Positions 1 to 13,600 of a DNA stretch of 64,000 nt are shown piece after piece. Each line of letters begins with the position of its first letter. The stretch's first letter is position 1. Under the pieces are notes generated by a model. It was not told the origin of the DNA. It saw only the letters and a program-made list of their open reading frames with translations, and made no database searches. Origin of the DNA: Bugula neritina (Eukaryota > Animalia > Bryozoa); the NCBI GenBank assembly GCA_964035545.1, contig OZ037766.1, forward strand, positions 24,482,126-24,546,125, in the 5' to 3' direction. Position numbers and translations under genes: made by a program.

Positions 1-1671
1 ATAATTTTAAGATAAAGTGCCCATTTTGATTTGATGCAATGAAAATGCTGAGCGGCAAGTACAGATTGTTTCTGTCCCTCCGTGACCTAGTTAGCTAATA
101 ACTATTTAGCACACCGCTGTTCAGGGTTCAGTTTTACAATAATTATTCCATTCAACTATGCATTGTTTAGAATAGTGGGTGAGATTCAAAATATGCACTT
201 TTTAGCAGATAAGTTTTTCTAATTTTTACCAAAACCAGTCTTTCATTATATTAGTTATCTTTTCCAAGCAGACGTAGCTATGGAAACAGCAGTATCGAAT
301 GTATTATTGGCTAGTAAATCTCCAAGCTGACAATGCATTATGTGTGGCATGTAGCTCCCACAGTGTTTCCTCACACTGAAATGTGGTCTTATGCTAAGAA
401 TTATTGCTACATGCAAAATCTTATTAGTTTTTTTCAACAGCCACAAATATTTGTTACTTCATCTTTCAACAGTTTGCCAAGCCATGCATGTCAGTGGTGA
501 TTTATTTGACCATCCTATGTGCTCTGCACTGATTCTTGGGTGTAGAGTTGTTAGGATGGTTAGTCCATCAAATAACTTTTCACTGCTCCTTTAACAGTTG
601 ATATAACAAACCATGTCACTGGTTCCAAAAGAGGTGGCAGTAATTAGGTAATTATAAGCAGCATTTGAAAAATAAACATTCAATGGTTCATGACCAACAA
701 TAAAAAAAACAATGCCCTAAGGCCTAAAGAGATACCATTTTCAATAGTGCCCACAGTAATTGCATCAGAGTTGCATGTAGTCTAACAACCACTTTGATGT
801 GAACTTGCAGATTTTTGCTATAGCGTTTTTATATCTTTTTGTGTGAACATAGTGTGTAGAGTCACTAACTGTGCTTTATTTTGAACCTAAGGTTTAAAAT
901 CGCTGCTGAGATGGTATGGGGATATCAAAAGCATTGAAATTAACCGACTGCTAAACAGGCAGTATTTTAGCTACTAGTTTATATACTAAATTTGCATAGT
1001 TGACTTATTGCGCTGGGTGTACTTTAAGACTACATATGACACAGTGCTGCAAACTATCAGAAATACCATGAGTTGAGTAGTGTTACATTCTACTGATGCT
1101 AACTCCAAACAAAACTCAGATTCACTTGACACCAGGTGGCAGTGAATAGAAAGCAGGTGGCCCCCTGCTAGTGTGCTATTGCCATTCCTTAAAATTCAAT
1201 ATGTTTCTAGCAACTTTTGGTTCATTGATTTTTACTCTACTATCAAATATGAAAATACGTGCAAACCTTGCTTGGCATGTTTTGGCTTAGACCTTAAGAA
1301 TGCTTGAATTCCATGTAGCTGCAATGGCCCAAGGCTATAGTAGTAAGCATTACTATGTATTCACATAGTTTTTGTGAAGTTTTCTTTGCAGTGCTAAATT
1401 TTCATATCAAATCAAAAGACATGGGTTATTAAAAGTTCTCATTGCCCAAGTTATTTACGAAACCAGCACTTCGTCTTGAGTAATAACTCATGCTGGTATA
1501 ATAACCATTCTTGTGTGGAAGTGGTAGTGGTAAAAGCTTTAGCACGGCCTTGCACTGTGAACACTGTGTACTCAACTTTATTCAGATTTTGCTACCAGGT
1601 TGTTTTTATCATTGTAAACTATTTGAATATGTTTTAGTGTAGAATGTAGGCTGTACATGGCCTAATGATAA

Positions 1672-4600
1672 ATGTGGATGAAAATGACAGCACCACTGAT
1701 GTCATTTGTTACCATCTCTCTCCTGTTGTTAGTAAGAATATCATCAGCAGTTGTTACATTTGACCTGCCAGTACCTGAGCGCAACCCCAGAGACTGCTCT
1801 AGTTACTGGTAAGCCTAACATTAGACTCCAGTGTTTTATATTTTATTTGTTTGTTTGCATATATTTCTACCACAGTAAATTTAAATATAAGTGATAATTT
1901 ATTAGCTATATACATGTATATCTGTGCCATGAATTGCCATTTGCTTTGCTAACTTCTATTTTAATATTTGAAGAAAAGCTGATTTAATGAGATTTCAGTG
2001 GTTTTCAGCTGATCATAATAAAGTTACTCATATCTAGTTTAATTAGAATCCTCACTTCTGAGCCTGACCCTAGTTTAATTCCAAACTGGTAGTTTCAGAA
2101 TCATTTTTAAGACAAATGAGTAAATTGTCACCAGCTATAAATTGCCAGAATTTTAGGGTGCTGATGGCTACTTAGTAGGCAATGCTATTCAGTTCTCCTG
2201 CTTTAGTGAGTTTGCCATATCGTCAAGTACACCTAATTGCTACATCTATGTCCACTGGGTGTTTTAGTTTTTATCCATACATGTGATTTTTCATTTCTTT
2301 CCCTTTGAATAATGAAGGAAAATGTGATTTGTTTCGTTATTCACAGGATGTACTATGAAGAAATATTACAGAGTTGTGCCCTCTGTTCATTCAAAGTCTT
2401 GGAAGGTGGAGATACTCAAAGCTTCAGAAGTCCCTGTAATGACCCCCGTTTGGGAGAAGCTACCTACAAAGAAATTATGTACTTACCTAAAGACTTTAAA
2501 TACGTACCTCGTAAGTTTTAACTTCCTAAAGTAAGTATTTATATGGGAACAAATCTGTAGCGGTAAGCCTCGTGTAAATTTCTTTGCTAGATGGATGCAC
2601 ATAACCCTAGTAGATGGAATTTGGCATTTAGTCTGAGCTCGAAGTCTGCAACAATTGAGTTTCTGTTTGGGGGGGGGGGAGGCGAGGGGGACCTATTTCA
2701 GTTTAAACTCAGAATTAGAGCAAATATAAGAAAAACGAATTATAGTTCTACTCAGAGAATTGTATTCAAACATTTCTCAAAAATCCGTAAACAGATGTTA
2801 TGGTGACTTGCTATTAACCTATTTTCCTACATTATTTAAATATAAATTAGAATAGCTTGTTTATTAAATGAATTAATAGTACTAATGATACTATGAAGGA
2901 CCAACTATTCATACAAAGAGGAGATATTACTTCATCATTTATTTCTACTTACTGAATTAAGTACTAGTTGTTGTGAGTTAGTTACAAGTCTGAATAAGGG
3001 CTCTTATCAGCAAAGATACAGATACAGATCTCTGTTATCAAATACCTTTTTATATGTGTTTGTTATCAATCACCGCTATGCTATTTTGCAGAATATCTAT
3101 ACTGTTAATTTGCTGTACATCTACAAAACATATTAATGGGTAGTTGTCGTGTTATGTGTGCAGGATGTGATGAAACTGCATTGCTACCAGACAGTGTGAC
3201 AGCTAGATGTGAGGATTGGTCCAGAATGGGCGATTATGGTTCAGGAAGCACCATCACACTCGGGGAAAGCTGCGAAGTGCGGTGTAAAGATGGCTACGAG
3301 AGTGTACTAAAGTCTAACGTCACCACTATACAGTGTTATAACTGCACAACTCATGATCAGTAAGTACACTGCATGATCAGTAAGTAGACTATAGGATCAG
3401 TAAGTACACTGTATGATCAGTAAGTAGACTATAGGATCAGTAAGTATATTGTATGATCAGTAAGTATACTGTATGATCAGTAAGTACACTGTATGATCAG
3501 TAAGCAGACTATAGGATCAGTAAGCACATTGTATGATCAGTAAGCAGACTATAGGATCAGTAAGTATATTGTATGATCAGTAAGTATACTGTATGATCAG
3601 TAAGTATACTGTATGATCAGTAAGTACACTGTATGATCAATAAGCACATAGTATTACCAGTAAGTACAATATAGAATTAGTAAGTCTGGGCGATAAGCCT
3701 AAACTATATATTTTTTGTTCACAATCTGAATTTGCTAGCTTAGGTAATATTACTGTTCTCATCATAGTGTAATATATTGTGCTCTTTTGGACGAATCTCC
3801 ATCAATTGACATGTCTTTTGTATAATTCAGCCCTAACCCATCTGTAGATATTTGTTGTCTTTTCAGATTTTGTCAATGGGACATACAGTTACCAGAAGTT
3901 CTGTGTCGCTCACTTACACCTGTACTTACACCTACTGCGGGGACAGGTAAGTTCTGTACTTTTGAACTGACATCTGCTGGATTTGATAGTTAAAAGCTGA
4001 TTAAACTGGGAGTTGATCTTATTAATATAAAATTGGTATGTGCTTTATGGAAACCTACTGCATGCATAAAAGTATAAGCTTAGTAATAAATATTTTCGCT
4101 GTCATGATCAATGATTAATTTGATTATGGATTGGCGTGTTTTTACTGTAATAGTTGTCTAGTGTCTTGCTTTGTTTTGACCTGTTTCTTCTACTCAAAGA
4201 GTTAGGCTTTTCTTAGTTTACATGCATTTTATAGCAACCCAGTTTCATCTTATAGTGGGGAAGAATTTCTGCACTATAACCTATTACCTAACTATAGCCA
4301 ACTTTCTCATTTCCAGTTGGAAATAAAATGGATCTTAAGGTTTGAGGGGAGATCAAGAGTTTTCTGGTGAAACGGCAGCCATAGGTTTGGTTAACAGAAT
4401 GATGACCTAAAAGTAGGATGGCCCCTCCTACCCATGAAACTAGTCAACTGGATATTTTAGATTTTTGCAAAATAACCATAACATTGTGCTGGTCATTACC
4501 AGTACACTGCTAGAATCTACAATGTTATAACATAACATAACAGAGCAAACAGTGCAATGTGATGCAACACTTAGCAAGCTGACTCCTTATTTGCTGCCCT

Positions 4601-7600
4601 TGCAGTCCATTAGCAACATAAACATTCTCAGTATTTGCTATTTTTACAATGTACGTGATGACAAAGTATCCCAAATCAATATCGGTCTGTCATGAATCTC
4701 ATGCAGATTGTACTTAAATATTAGCACCATTGTTTGCATTAACCAGGCCATTCATTGTACTATGTGTTGAACTATTATCTAGTGCCCCAGGCATTGTGCT
4801 GCATGCGTTCCCCACAGGCATGTCGCGCATGCATGGGTGTAAGCTGTAGGGTGAATGAGAAGACTCATAGTCCCTGCATTGTTCCGGTATTCACTGCGTT
4901 TCCAAGCAGGCAATAGAATCCGAACACACTAAAGGCTTCATTCCATTTAATCGAAGGAACCATTTCCATTATTCGAATAATTCGAAGGAGTCGTTCGATT
5001 GAGTTTCCAACTGCGGTTTTGCTCTGATGCAACTAGTTCCATGGGGTGAATGAAAAAACTCATTCGGATAATGAAAACGTAGTGATTTCGAATTTTATCA
5101 TAATTTTTCATTCCATGCATGGGGACAGCCTCAATCAAATAGAACCACAACCATACCTTAATACAAATCTGTCCACTCATGCATTCATATATGATATGAA
5201 AAGCACAATGGTTCATCATTTAGTACAATACAAACGAGTAACGCAGCCATGGACTTTTATTCAAGATATACAATATGCTTGCTTTTCATAATAATAATGT
5301 TCTCATGTACTGATGGGCTCCTTCTTCATCAACATTAATTTAAATACAGATAAAAGAGCCAATGTTTGTTATAGGCCTACTAGTTAAATTTTTCAGCTCT
5401 CCACACCTTTTAGAATTTACTATGAGATACAATTCTGTTGGGAATTGGCTGCTTGACACTTAAGTTGCGTTTATACCTCTGCTGAAAAAAGTTTAAGTTA
5501 ATAGTGCTTGTCCGGATACCCCTTTATAGTCAAACTGAAAATAGTTGCAATCATATTGATGCGGAAGCTCACTTTCTAAAATTGAAATTTGACTCTTCTA
5601 ATCGCTATTTGATGCCCTTTGTAAACGTTGTGAATTGGTGAAGTTGACAGCATAAAAGCGACAAGTGAGAAAGCGTAGGTGATATAATTATTAACATATA
5701 TAAGTACGCCATCTAATCGCCAAAGTCACAACTAAATGACGATGTTTACAAGGAGTTATTACTCCTTTTGAGTATTATTCTGAAATTGTTATCACAGTAC
5801 AAAAATTTTTACGAGTGGCTTTTACAATGCAATGCAACTCGGAGAAATTTCAACCTAGCCAAATTGAATTTCTGACCGAAAATCGTGAACATATAAAGGC
5901 AACTTTACTATTTACTCCAATCCAAATCTCATCTTTTTCAGGTGTAAACAAATTTAAACTATCCCAGCAAGTAACCTCCAACTTACTATAGCTTGCTTCA
6001 ATACATTACAAAGCAAGTTGTTAAGTTACTGCTCTTTCACTAGAACACCTGGAAGCTGAAATATCTAAATTCCTGGTGTAGGCTTTAAATGAAAAGTTGT
6101 GTTTTGGTGACATTTTACCTGCTGTTACTCCAGAACATCAGCATGCTAGTGCATTGCTTTGAGGTTCAAAATTTCCAGTAGCCATCTAACACGAAAGTTT
6201 CCATAACTATAGGCCCGAATTGGGGGTGACTGAGTGCAGTAGTTGGGGGGTCTCAAGTTTGGAGTTGCAGGTGTAGGTTAGAACTTTGAACTCTAAACTC
6301 AAGACCCCCAAACTACTGCACTCAGTCACCCACAACTGGGACTGCTTATAGAAAATTTCTCCCAACACTGAGGTTTACTTTAAAATGCTGGATGCATGCT
6401 AGTCATTATGGTTTGGGTTTATAACACCCAACTTGATGGGTTACTTCATATTGGTTCATGTGCTATAGGCCTATAGCAATAGCAATGTTCAAATACTAGA
6501 TTCAGGCGTATGGTTTAAGTGCACAACGATGGAACCAGTATGACCAGATTCAGCTGAGACCTTGACCCCCATTGGTCATGTGACCTGGTGTCAGAGGCAC
6601 CTCTCTCTAATATGAGATGAAGTAATCAGATGGCACTAGGCAGTGTGAATGGGCTAATGCAGTATTTTATGTACCATTAGTTTTAAAAGCAACCAAACTA
6701 GAAGATACCTAACATTATCAGTACATTAAACAGCAACCTGCTCGTTGGTTTTTGCTAGTAGGTTTTTGCTGGTAGTTGTTGAGGTTTCAAAACAGCAGCT
6801 TTCATTTGTTGCATGAGTGAAGAAACACAAGCTACTCATTCTTTAAACAGTTTCTGAATGAATGGACAAGGATTATTGTTCTCAAGATTGTGAGCTTGCA
6901 GCAATTGGTTTTGAATAAATTCTGGCCACATGAGATTGGAAGTACATGAAGCAAGTCTGCCCCGAGTCCCCAACCCCCATGAAATAAACAAACCCAGACT
7001 ACTCTCCAAAAACTACATGCAATGTTGAGTCTAGGTCATACGATTGGCTAAGCTGGCCCATTTCTAGGTCAATCGGTTCAGTATGATAAAGTGCCGACAA
7101 GGGGAGGGGAGCATGTTGTACATGTAGTGTAACTTCATCAACACATTATAGAAAAATAAATATGTAATAGTGACACAAAACATATGTGTATTTTATTTCA
7201 GTAGGTGAAAAAGACCAAGGGGAAGATGAAAAAAATAAAGGTCTGAAGGTGTGGATATTGGTGTGTGTGTCAGTAGTGATAGCTGTGCTCTTAGGTTCAG
7301 GGATTGGAGTTATCAGCTTCATTCGGTATCGGAGGTATTCCAGGAGGAAACCCAACTCTTCAGTAGAGATATCTTTAACTGAATTGTGTAAGTATAGCGT
7401 GTGTATGCAGGGTATTTGCATATAATGTTTATAGTGTAGATGTGTACAGTGTAAGTACATATAGTGTTATGTGTAGCGTAAGTACACACAGTTTTTGTAC
7501 GTGTAGTGTAAGTACACACAGTTGTTGTACGTGTAGTGTAAGTACATGCTTGTATGATGGAGGTAGATAAGCTATGCTCTTTTTCTATTCTTAGACGTTC

Positions 7601-10600
7601 CTTCGAGTGACGATGCAGCACAAGCTCATTCCCTTCTACCCCCTCCACTCAACGTGTCTAATACTGACTGTAACGTCAACTCTGAAGATAGGGTGAGATT
7701 CTACCTTTACTCAGTTCATACTTTGACTCTTGACTACACAACCAACTGTAAGCCGTTGTGACTCCAACATTAAACTTGCCCGCTACAACAACTACTCGTG
7801 ATGATACATTAGATATTGCATAAATTTTAGGAGCTTTGCTCAAGAGTGGTCTGTTAATTTTCTGCATTTTTACAAGAATCTCAAATGGCAGCCACATGAG
7901 CAATATTTGGACAGCTTGTCTTGATAAGTTGAAAGGTAGTAGTACGGTGTACTATATGTAATATGCAGCTACATTATGTAATAAGTCAATAATCACTCAA
8001 CCTCAACTTTGTGATGTTATTTTCATTTAAACTACATGCTCTACGACATATCACAGCCGTAATTTACTACCACACTTACTATTATAAGCTTTAGGGTTTG
8101 TATTGCAAAGACAACTCCATGATGAGGTGAATCAGTAGCTCACGTGACTAGACAATATTATAGTTATAATGTGGCATTCAAACGACCTTGAAGATGTAAT
8201 GCCAAGGACTGCTGGACTGCAGTACTACTTGTGCACCTTTGTCTAACCCAAGTGTCTGACTTTAAGGTTTCAATGTCTATCCATTTCTAAGTTATGAGTA
8301 GAATTTTAGTAACAGTGTACCAAGTCATTGTTGACTCAATCCTACATGCAGGTGTAAGCTCATTGCATTCTTAACTACCTGCAGAGCTGATAGTAAGTCA
8401 TTGTGGTGTACTATAACACTATATATCATACACCAACTTATCAATACTAGTGATAGTTTCTATTGATGTAAGCTACATCTCAGCTGTAGGTGCTGCTATG
8501 TCCACTTCCTTCTTTTGTGTAACTTCCTGTGACTTCTGCTGTAGGATGTTGCCGAGGGTCCCGAAAGGCATGAGTCGATGGACAGCAATAATTCTGGAGA
8601 CAGCGGCTACCGGACACTGTGTGCAGTTGCTATGGCCCAGTCCTCCACCTTCCCAGTCGTTAACATTACTAAAAACTACACTTATAACAGTGTCAACGCT
8701 AGCAATATTGGCACAAGTAAGTGATATTAGTTATATAGTTAGTAGCAGTAGTGGTAGTAGCAGTAGTAGTAGTAGTAGCGGTGGTAGTAGTAGCGGTGGT
8801 AGTAGTAGTAGTAGTAGTAGCAGTAGTAGTAGTAGCAGTAGTAGTAGTAGCAGTAGTAGCGGTGGTAGTAGTAGCGGTGGTAGTAGTAGTAGTAGTAGTG
8901 GTAATAGTAGTAGTGGTAATGGTAGTGGTAGTATTAGTTATAATTATAGTAACAGTGTTCTCTGTTCTATAAATAGATGTATGCTCATAGGTACCTCTCT
9001 GTCTAGACTCTATTGATTTGTGATCACAGCTGCTCATGTATCACCTAGCTCCTTATCATATAACATGTTGATGGTGGACTGTGGCCATTAGGACATAGTC
9101 CAGTGTTTAGGTCATCCTGCACACTGTAGCCATCAATCACAGCTGCAGTTGACCACTGATGACAGCTATAGTTTGACCTGCTCAGAATAAAGTACTGATA
9201 ACAACTAAGTCCACCCAAGCGTGGTTATTTACTTGGCCATGTTCCAGATTGTCCATCTCTCAACTATAACACCATCTGTTTGCTTAACCACTAACCCGTT
9301 GTTAGCCTAGGGCCACACTGTGCGTATTTTCGCATGCGAAAATTGAAATCACAAGTAGCAAAGGTGTCCACTGTAGCGTCAGTGATGCGTGATAAATAAA
9401 GCTTTCATTTTTAAATCGCACTCGCTTTCAATAAAGCGCAATTTACTGGAATATAGCACTAAATAAAGGAATTGGGCTCGCTGAATAGCTACCAGCCAAT
9501 TAGGTGACGACGACAGAGACGATTCGCACTTGCATTGAAAATGCAGAGCGACAAGTGCGAATGTTTTCTCAACGCGCACAGTGGACACCTTTGCTACTTG
9601 TGATTTCAATTTTCGCATGCGAAAATACGCGCCGTGTGGCCCTAGGCTTAATGTGGTAGGATTTCTAACAGCTCACACACAGCAAACAATGCACATCTCA
9701 AACATCAAACATTGCCCATTAAAATAAATTTGTTTTGTCTCCTTTAGCAACTTTTGATGTTCATCAGAAATGTGATTATATGTACCAGTATGGTTGTATT
9801 TGTTTTAAACATATCGATTAGAAAAACATTTAAGGTAATATAGATCAGTTCTGAACATTTTGATATTCCAGCCTAAATGCTTCATCTCGCAGTTTGTTCG
9901 TCACGTGACTAAATGAACCAGAGTTGTGAGGCTGTGAACAGTTGAGATGTACATTTCTGGTAGTGAAGATAGGTTGTTGAAAGATGGTCTGTGAATAGAT
10001 CATTGATTGTGGGACCATGTAATACCTTTTATCATTCATTGGGGGTTGTTCAACACATTGGAATTCTTGTGAATTTGAATAGATTACAGCAAGTTTCTGC
10101 CAATGTGAAAGGTCACCATTAAGCTGCCTGCTTATCTGTAAAGGTCACATTAATGCTGTTCCTACTACAGTCACTTAGAATTCATGTTGTTACTAACTCA
10201 ATAGTAGTACATCAAAATAACTCTCTACAATTTAAATGTTGCCTACTCTTTTCAATATTTTGGGTACATGATTTTCCCTTAGCCCGAGCTACTTATTCTG
10301 TGTGCTGGCTCACATAAGCCCCCCCCCCCTTTCAGTTGCGAATGAAGTGGTCAATAGCTACTTGCTGTTCATTTCTATACAATTTAGTGCTCGTGCACTT
10401 TGTGCTAAACATTGGTTGTCTAGAATAATACAATGGCCTATCAACTGAGTTCAACCCGCAACCCTTAGGGCTTAGAATAACAAAATACCTTTATTATCAA
10501 CACTGTCACGTAGTCGCCCGCTTGCATGCTTATCACAATCTCATTGCAGTTGTGGCCATCCATCAAACGTGTGGTAACCAACTGGACGAACGTGCATTGG

Positions 10601-13600
10601 TTGACCACTACGCTATCAGCTCTCAACAAGATTCTATACCGGCCATTGATAGGTCGTCCTCGCCTGAGCAGTCGTGCTCTGACGAGCTACAACAGTGCTT
10701 GACTGCCACCAACACAGTTCTGCTCAACTCTAGGGATTTAACAGTCTTAGAGGATTCGAATATAGTGTTTACTACAACTGGGACTAATCTAAGTGCAACT
10801 GCAGCTACTACAGTTAGCCCAACTACTACTGATACATCTACGACTACTAGTAGTACGACTACTACTAATACTACTACACTAGTCAAGAGTATTACTACTA
10901 CTAGTACTACTGCAGTTAGCCTGACTCCTACTGATACAACTACTAGTAGTCCGACTACTACTGGTACTACTAATTATCCAACTACTGATAACATAACTAC
11001 TAGTACTACTAGTTTTAGTACAACTACTACCTCTACTACTACTGCACCTGTCAGAACTGCTGCTGGATCGCAATCGTCTAGTCCTACTAGCAAAGTTGGT
11101 TTAAGTACAGCTGCACTATTTCCTAGTGTTGACTCGGTCTTAAGTACTGAGGACGCTCTATCTGCTTCTTCTCAGTCCCACTCTTCCATTCAGTCAACTC
11201 ACGACGTCAAACCTCAGTGTGAACACGCATTAGATGAGGCGAATACTGATGATGAAACTCTAAATTCAAAAGATATTAGTTTTGATGGTGAGTTATAAAT
11301 ATATTTATTTCCTTTTAAGTTTGTCATGAAATGTTAATATAATATAACTTTGTGTATACAAATTAAGTTCATTTTAATTGTAATAATTTATTTCCCTGTC
11401 AGTATAATAGTACACTGTCTCTGTAGAACTTATTTGATTGTACTAGTCGATTAGAGTAATCATAAATTTACTGTAGACGTGGAGAAATGTTGGCTCTTAT
11501 TTGAATTTTTCCATTAATTTTTGTTGCATTTGCAATGTTGGAAGTTGTTGAAGTTTAAAGAATAGATGCGTTTTGTGCATGAAGTGGGGACACAACCATT
11601 GAGTAAACAAGTTTGCATGCCATGTCACGTGAAGGTAATGCTTTGACAGGCTTGTGATTCATCACCTTTAAAACTACTTCACCAGACATAATGAACAAAG
11701 TTCAATTTGGAGTCATCTCCTCTTCTAAAAATGGATAGTAGTTGAATGAGCGAAGCATTATATAATAACTTGAACTGTCATTGAACTTAGACTGTTCTCC
11801 GCTGTAAATGAGAATGTCATGTTGCTAACTAAAGACTCAGTCTAAATTTCACTTAGTCTAAGTTGAGCTCAGTTGGTGGTAGAAGAGGCTGTGCAGTGCA
11901 CACTCAGCTACTGTAACCTAACTCTGGTTTTAACTGTTGCATCACCTTGTTGTGTTGGATTTCCCTCTCTATTCCCCTGTTAGTCACAAAGTGGATGTTG
12001 GACCAATTAAATTCTACCTTTACTGTTTAGTAGATTAGTTCCTTGTGGGAGTGCAGTAAGGTAAGTCATTATCATCATTGGAATCTGTTAGATTGAAAAT
12101 ATTTGGTAGTTTTAATGGTTGGTCCTTGTCTTCTTATCAGTAAGAGCTGAATGAAGGAGTAGCTAAAGCAGTTCAGAGTTTAGTTGTGGGAAGGTTTTTT
12201 GGATCCCCGTAGCCCAGTTCAGCAAAGAGCCAAGGTGAGGTGATAGGCTAACTGTGGGGATCATTCTTGTCATTAACTGGTAGTCTAGTTCAGTGTCTAT
12301 TTCTCTTGGAGGAGGGTTACACCAGGTCTCAATCACAGCTGACCGAGCAACTTTTGAGTATTTTTGAAGGAGTTGCTCTTAGATGGCTCTGTTTAGCTAG
12401 CCTGCATGTGTTCGTAGTTACTTGGTGTTACTTTTTTGTATGTGGTTCTTCATTTGCTTATCCATTTCCTGTCGACTGTTAACTGGTCAGCTAATAGTGT
12501 ATTGAACTGCATCTTTCACTACACTTGCCTCTATCTTCTGCATACTTATCTACTTGTCTCACATGCCTCCTATCTCCCTACTTATTGAACCTAGGTATAC
12601 CCTTATCACTCAACACAAATTTACTTGTTTCTAATCAATTTGTTATACAGCTGTTTTGACATTTGGGCAGAAATATGTCACCATGAGTGACTAGATTATA
12701 TCAGGAACATACACATGTGTATGTAACTAATACGTTGTACAATGCTGATGAGTAATGGTCTAAACTCTAATGGTAGTTTTCTTGTTAGCTTCTAAGTAGT
12801 GAAATTTTGTTATACAAAAATATGCAATATTTTCTGTTGCCACATGATTTGATTAATCTCTGTAAATGTTTGTTCCTACTTTGTATACTCCTTTTTTCTA
12901 AAAATATTGATTGTTCAATTTCACTTGTAATTACTGGTTTGGGATGCAGCTGTTTCACTTTGTTATTAAAATTATTCTCTAGAGCCCTGGTTGTATCTAT
13001 CAGCAAATCTCTGTATCTGATTAACCAGCTAACTTTTCATTAACTCAAAACCTGAAGCTATCTCCCCTTTCTAACAGAGATGTACCAGCTATGTGTGGTC
13101 ATTTTTCTTCTTCTAGGTCTTCTTTCTTCATCATGTTTTTCTGAAGAGTTCAAATTATACTACAAACATATGTATTTGCAGTTCTGACCTACTATATATA
13201 AACAATTTATGTTGTTGCTGCCAAAACTTTAGGTCTAAAGTTCTGCTGTTTTTTATGCTGACAACTGAACTTTTCAGCTAATTATTATTATAAGATGCTC
13301 AACACTTTGCAGCCCAACCCTATGCTAATATAATACTGAATACAGCAGTGATGAATATGGACAGAGAAACCGGGCCAGAATTGAGTTCTGATGACCCCAC
13401 CCGCTCTGCACCGCCTTCTGATCTGGGGATCACAGGCTGCGACGTGAGCTTTCTTCCAGCTGCAGGTGAGAATCTTTCTCCCAGGTCTTTATGTTCTGGT
13501 TGAGAGAAGTAATTCTTTGAGATGTTGCTATGTTCATCGGAGTTATCTACCCTGTGAATATATTATGTAGTATATGAGGTGATGGTTTATTTCCCATCTT

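Noticed and set aside
255-594. Short ORFs at the window start, and the 104-aa ORF at 62374-62688
   Set aside because: No recognisable motif and no in-phase splice partners.
3353-3686. CRISPR-like appearance of the 20-21-bp arrays (also 38364 and 39802)
   Set aside because: Head-to-tail units with no unique spacers, no cas genes, inside spliceosomal introns.
9379-9618. Near-identical 79-aa ORF here and at 45516-45755
   Set aside because: It lies within the MITE and starts in the TIR; no transposase motif; the identity reflects recent copying.
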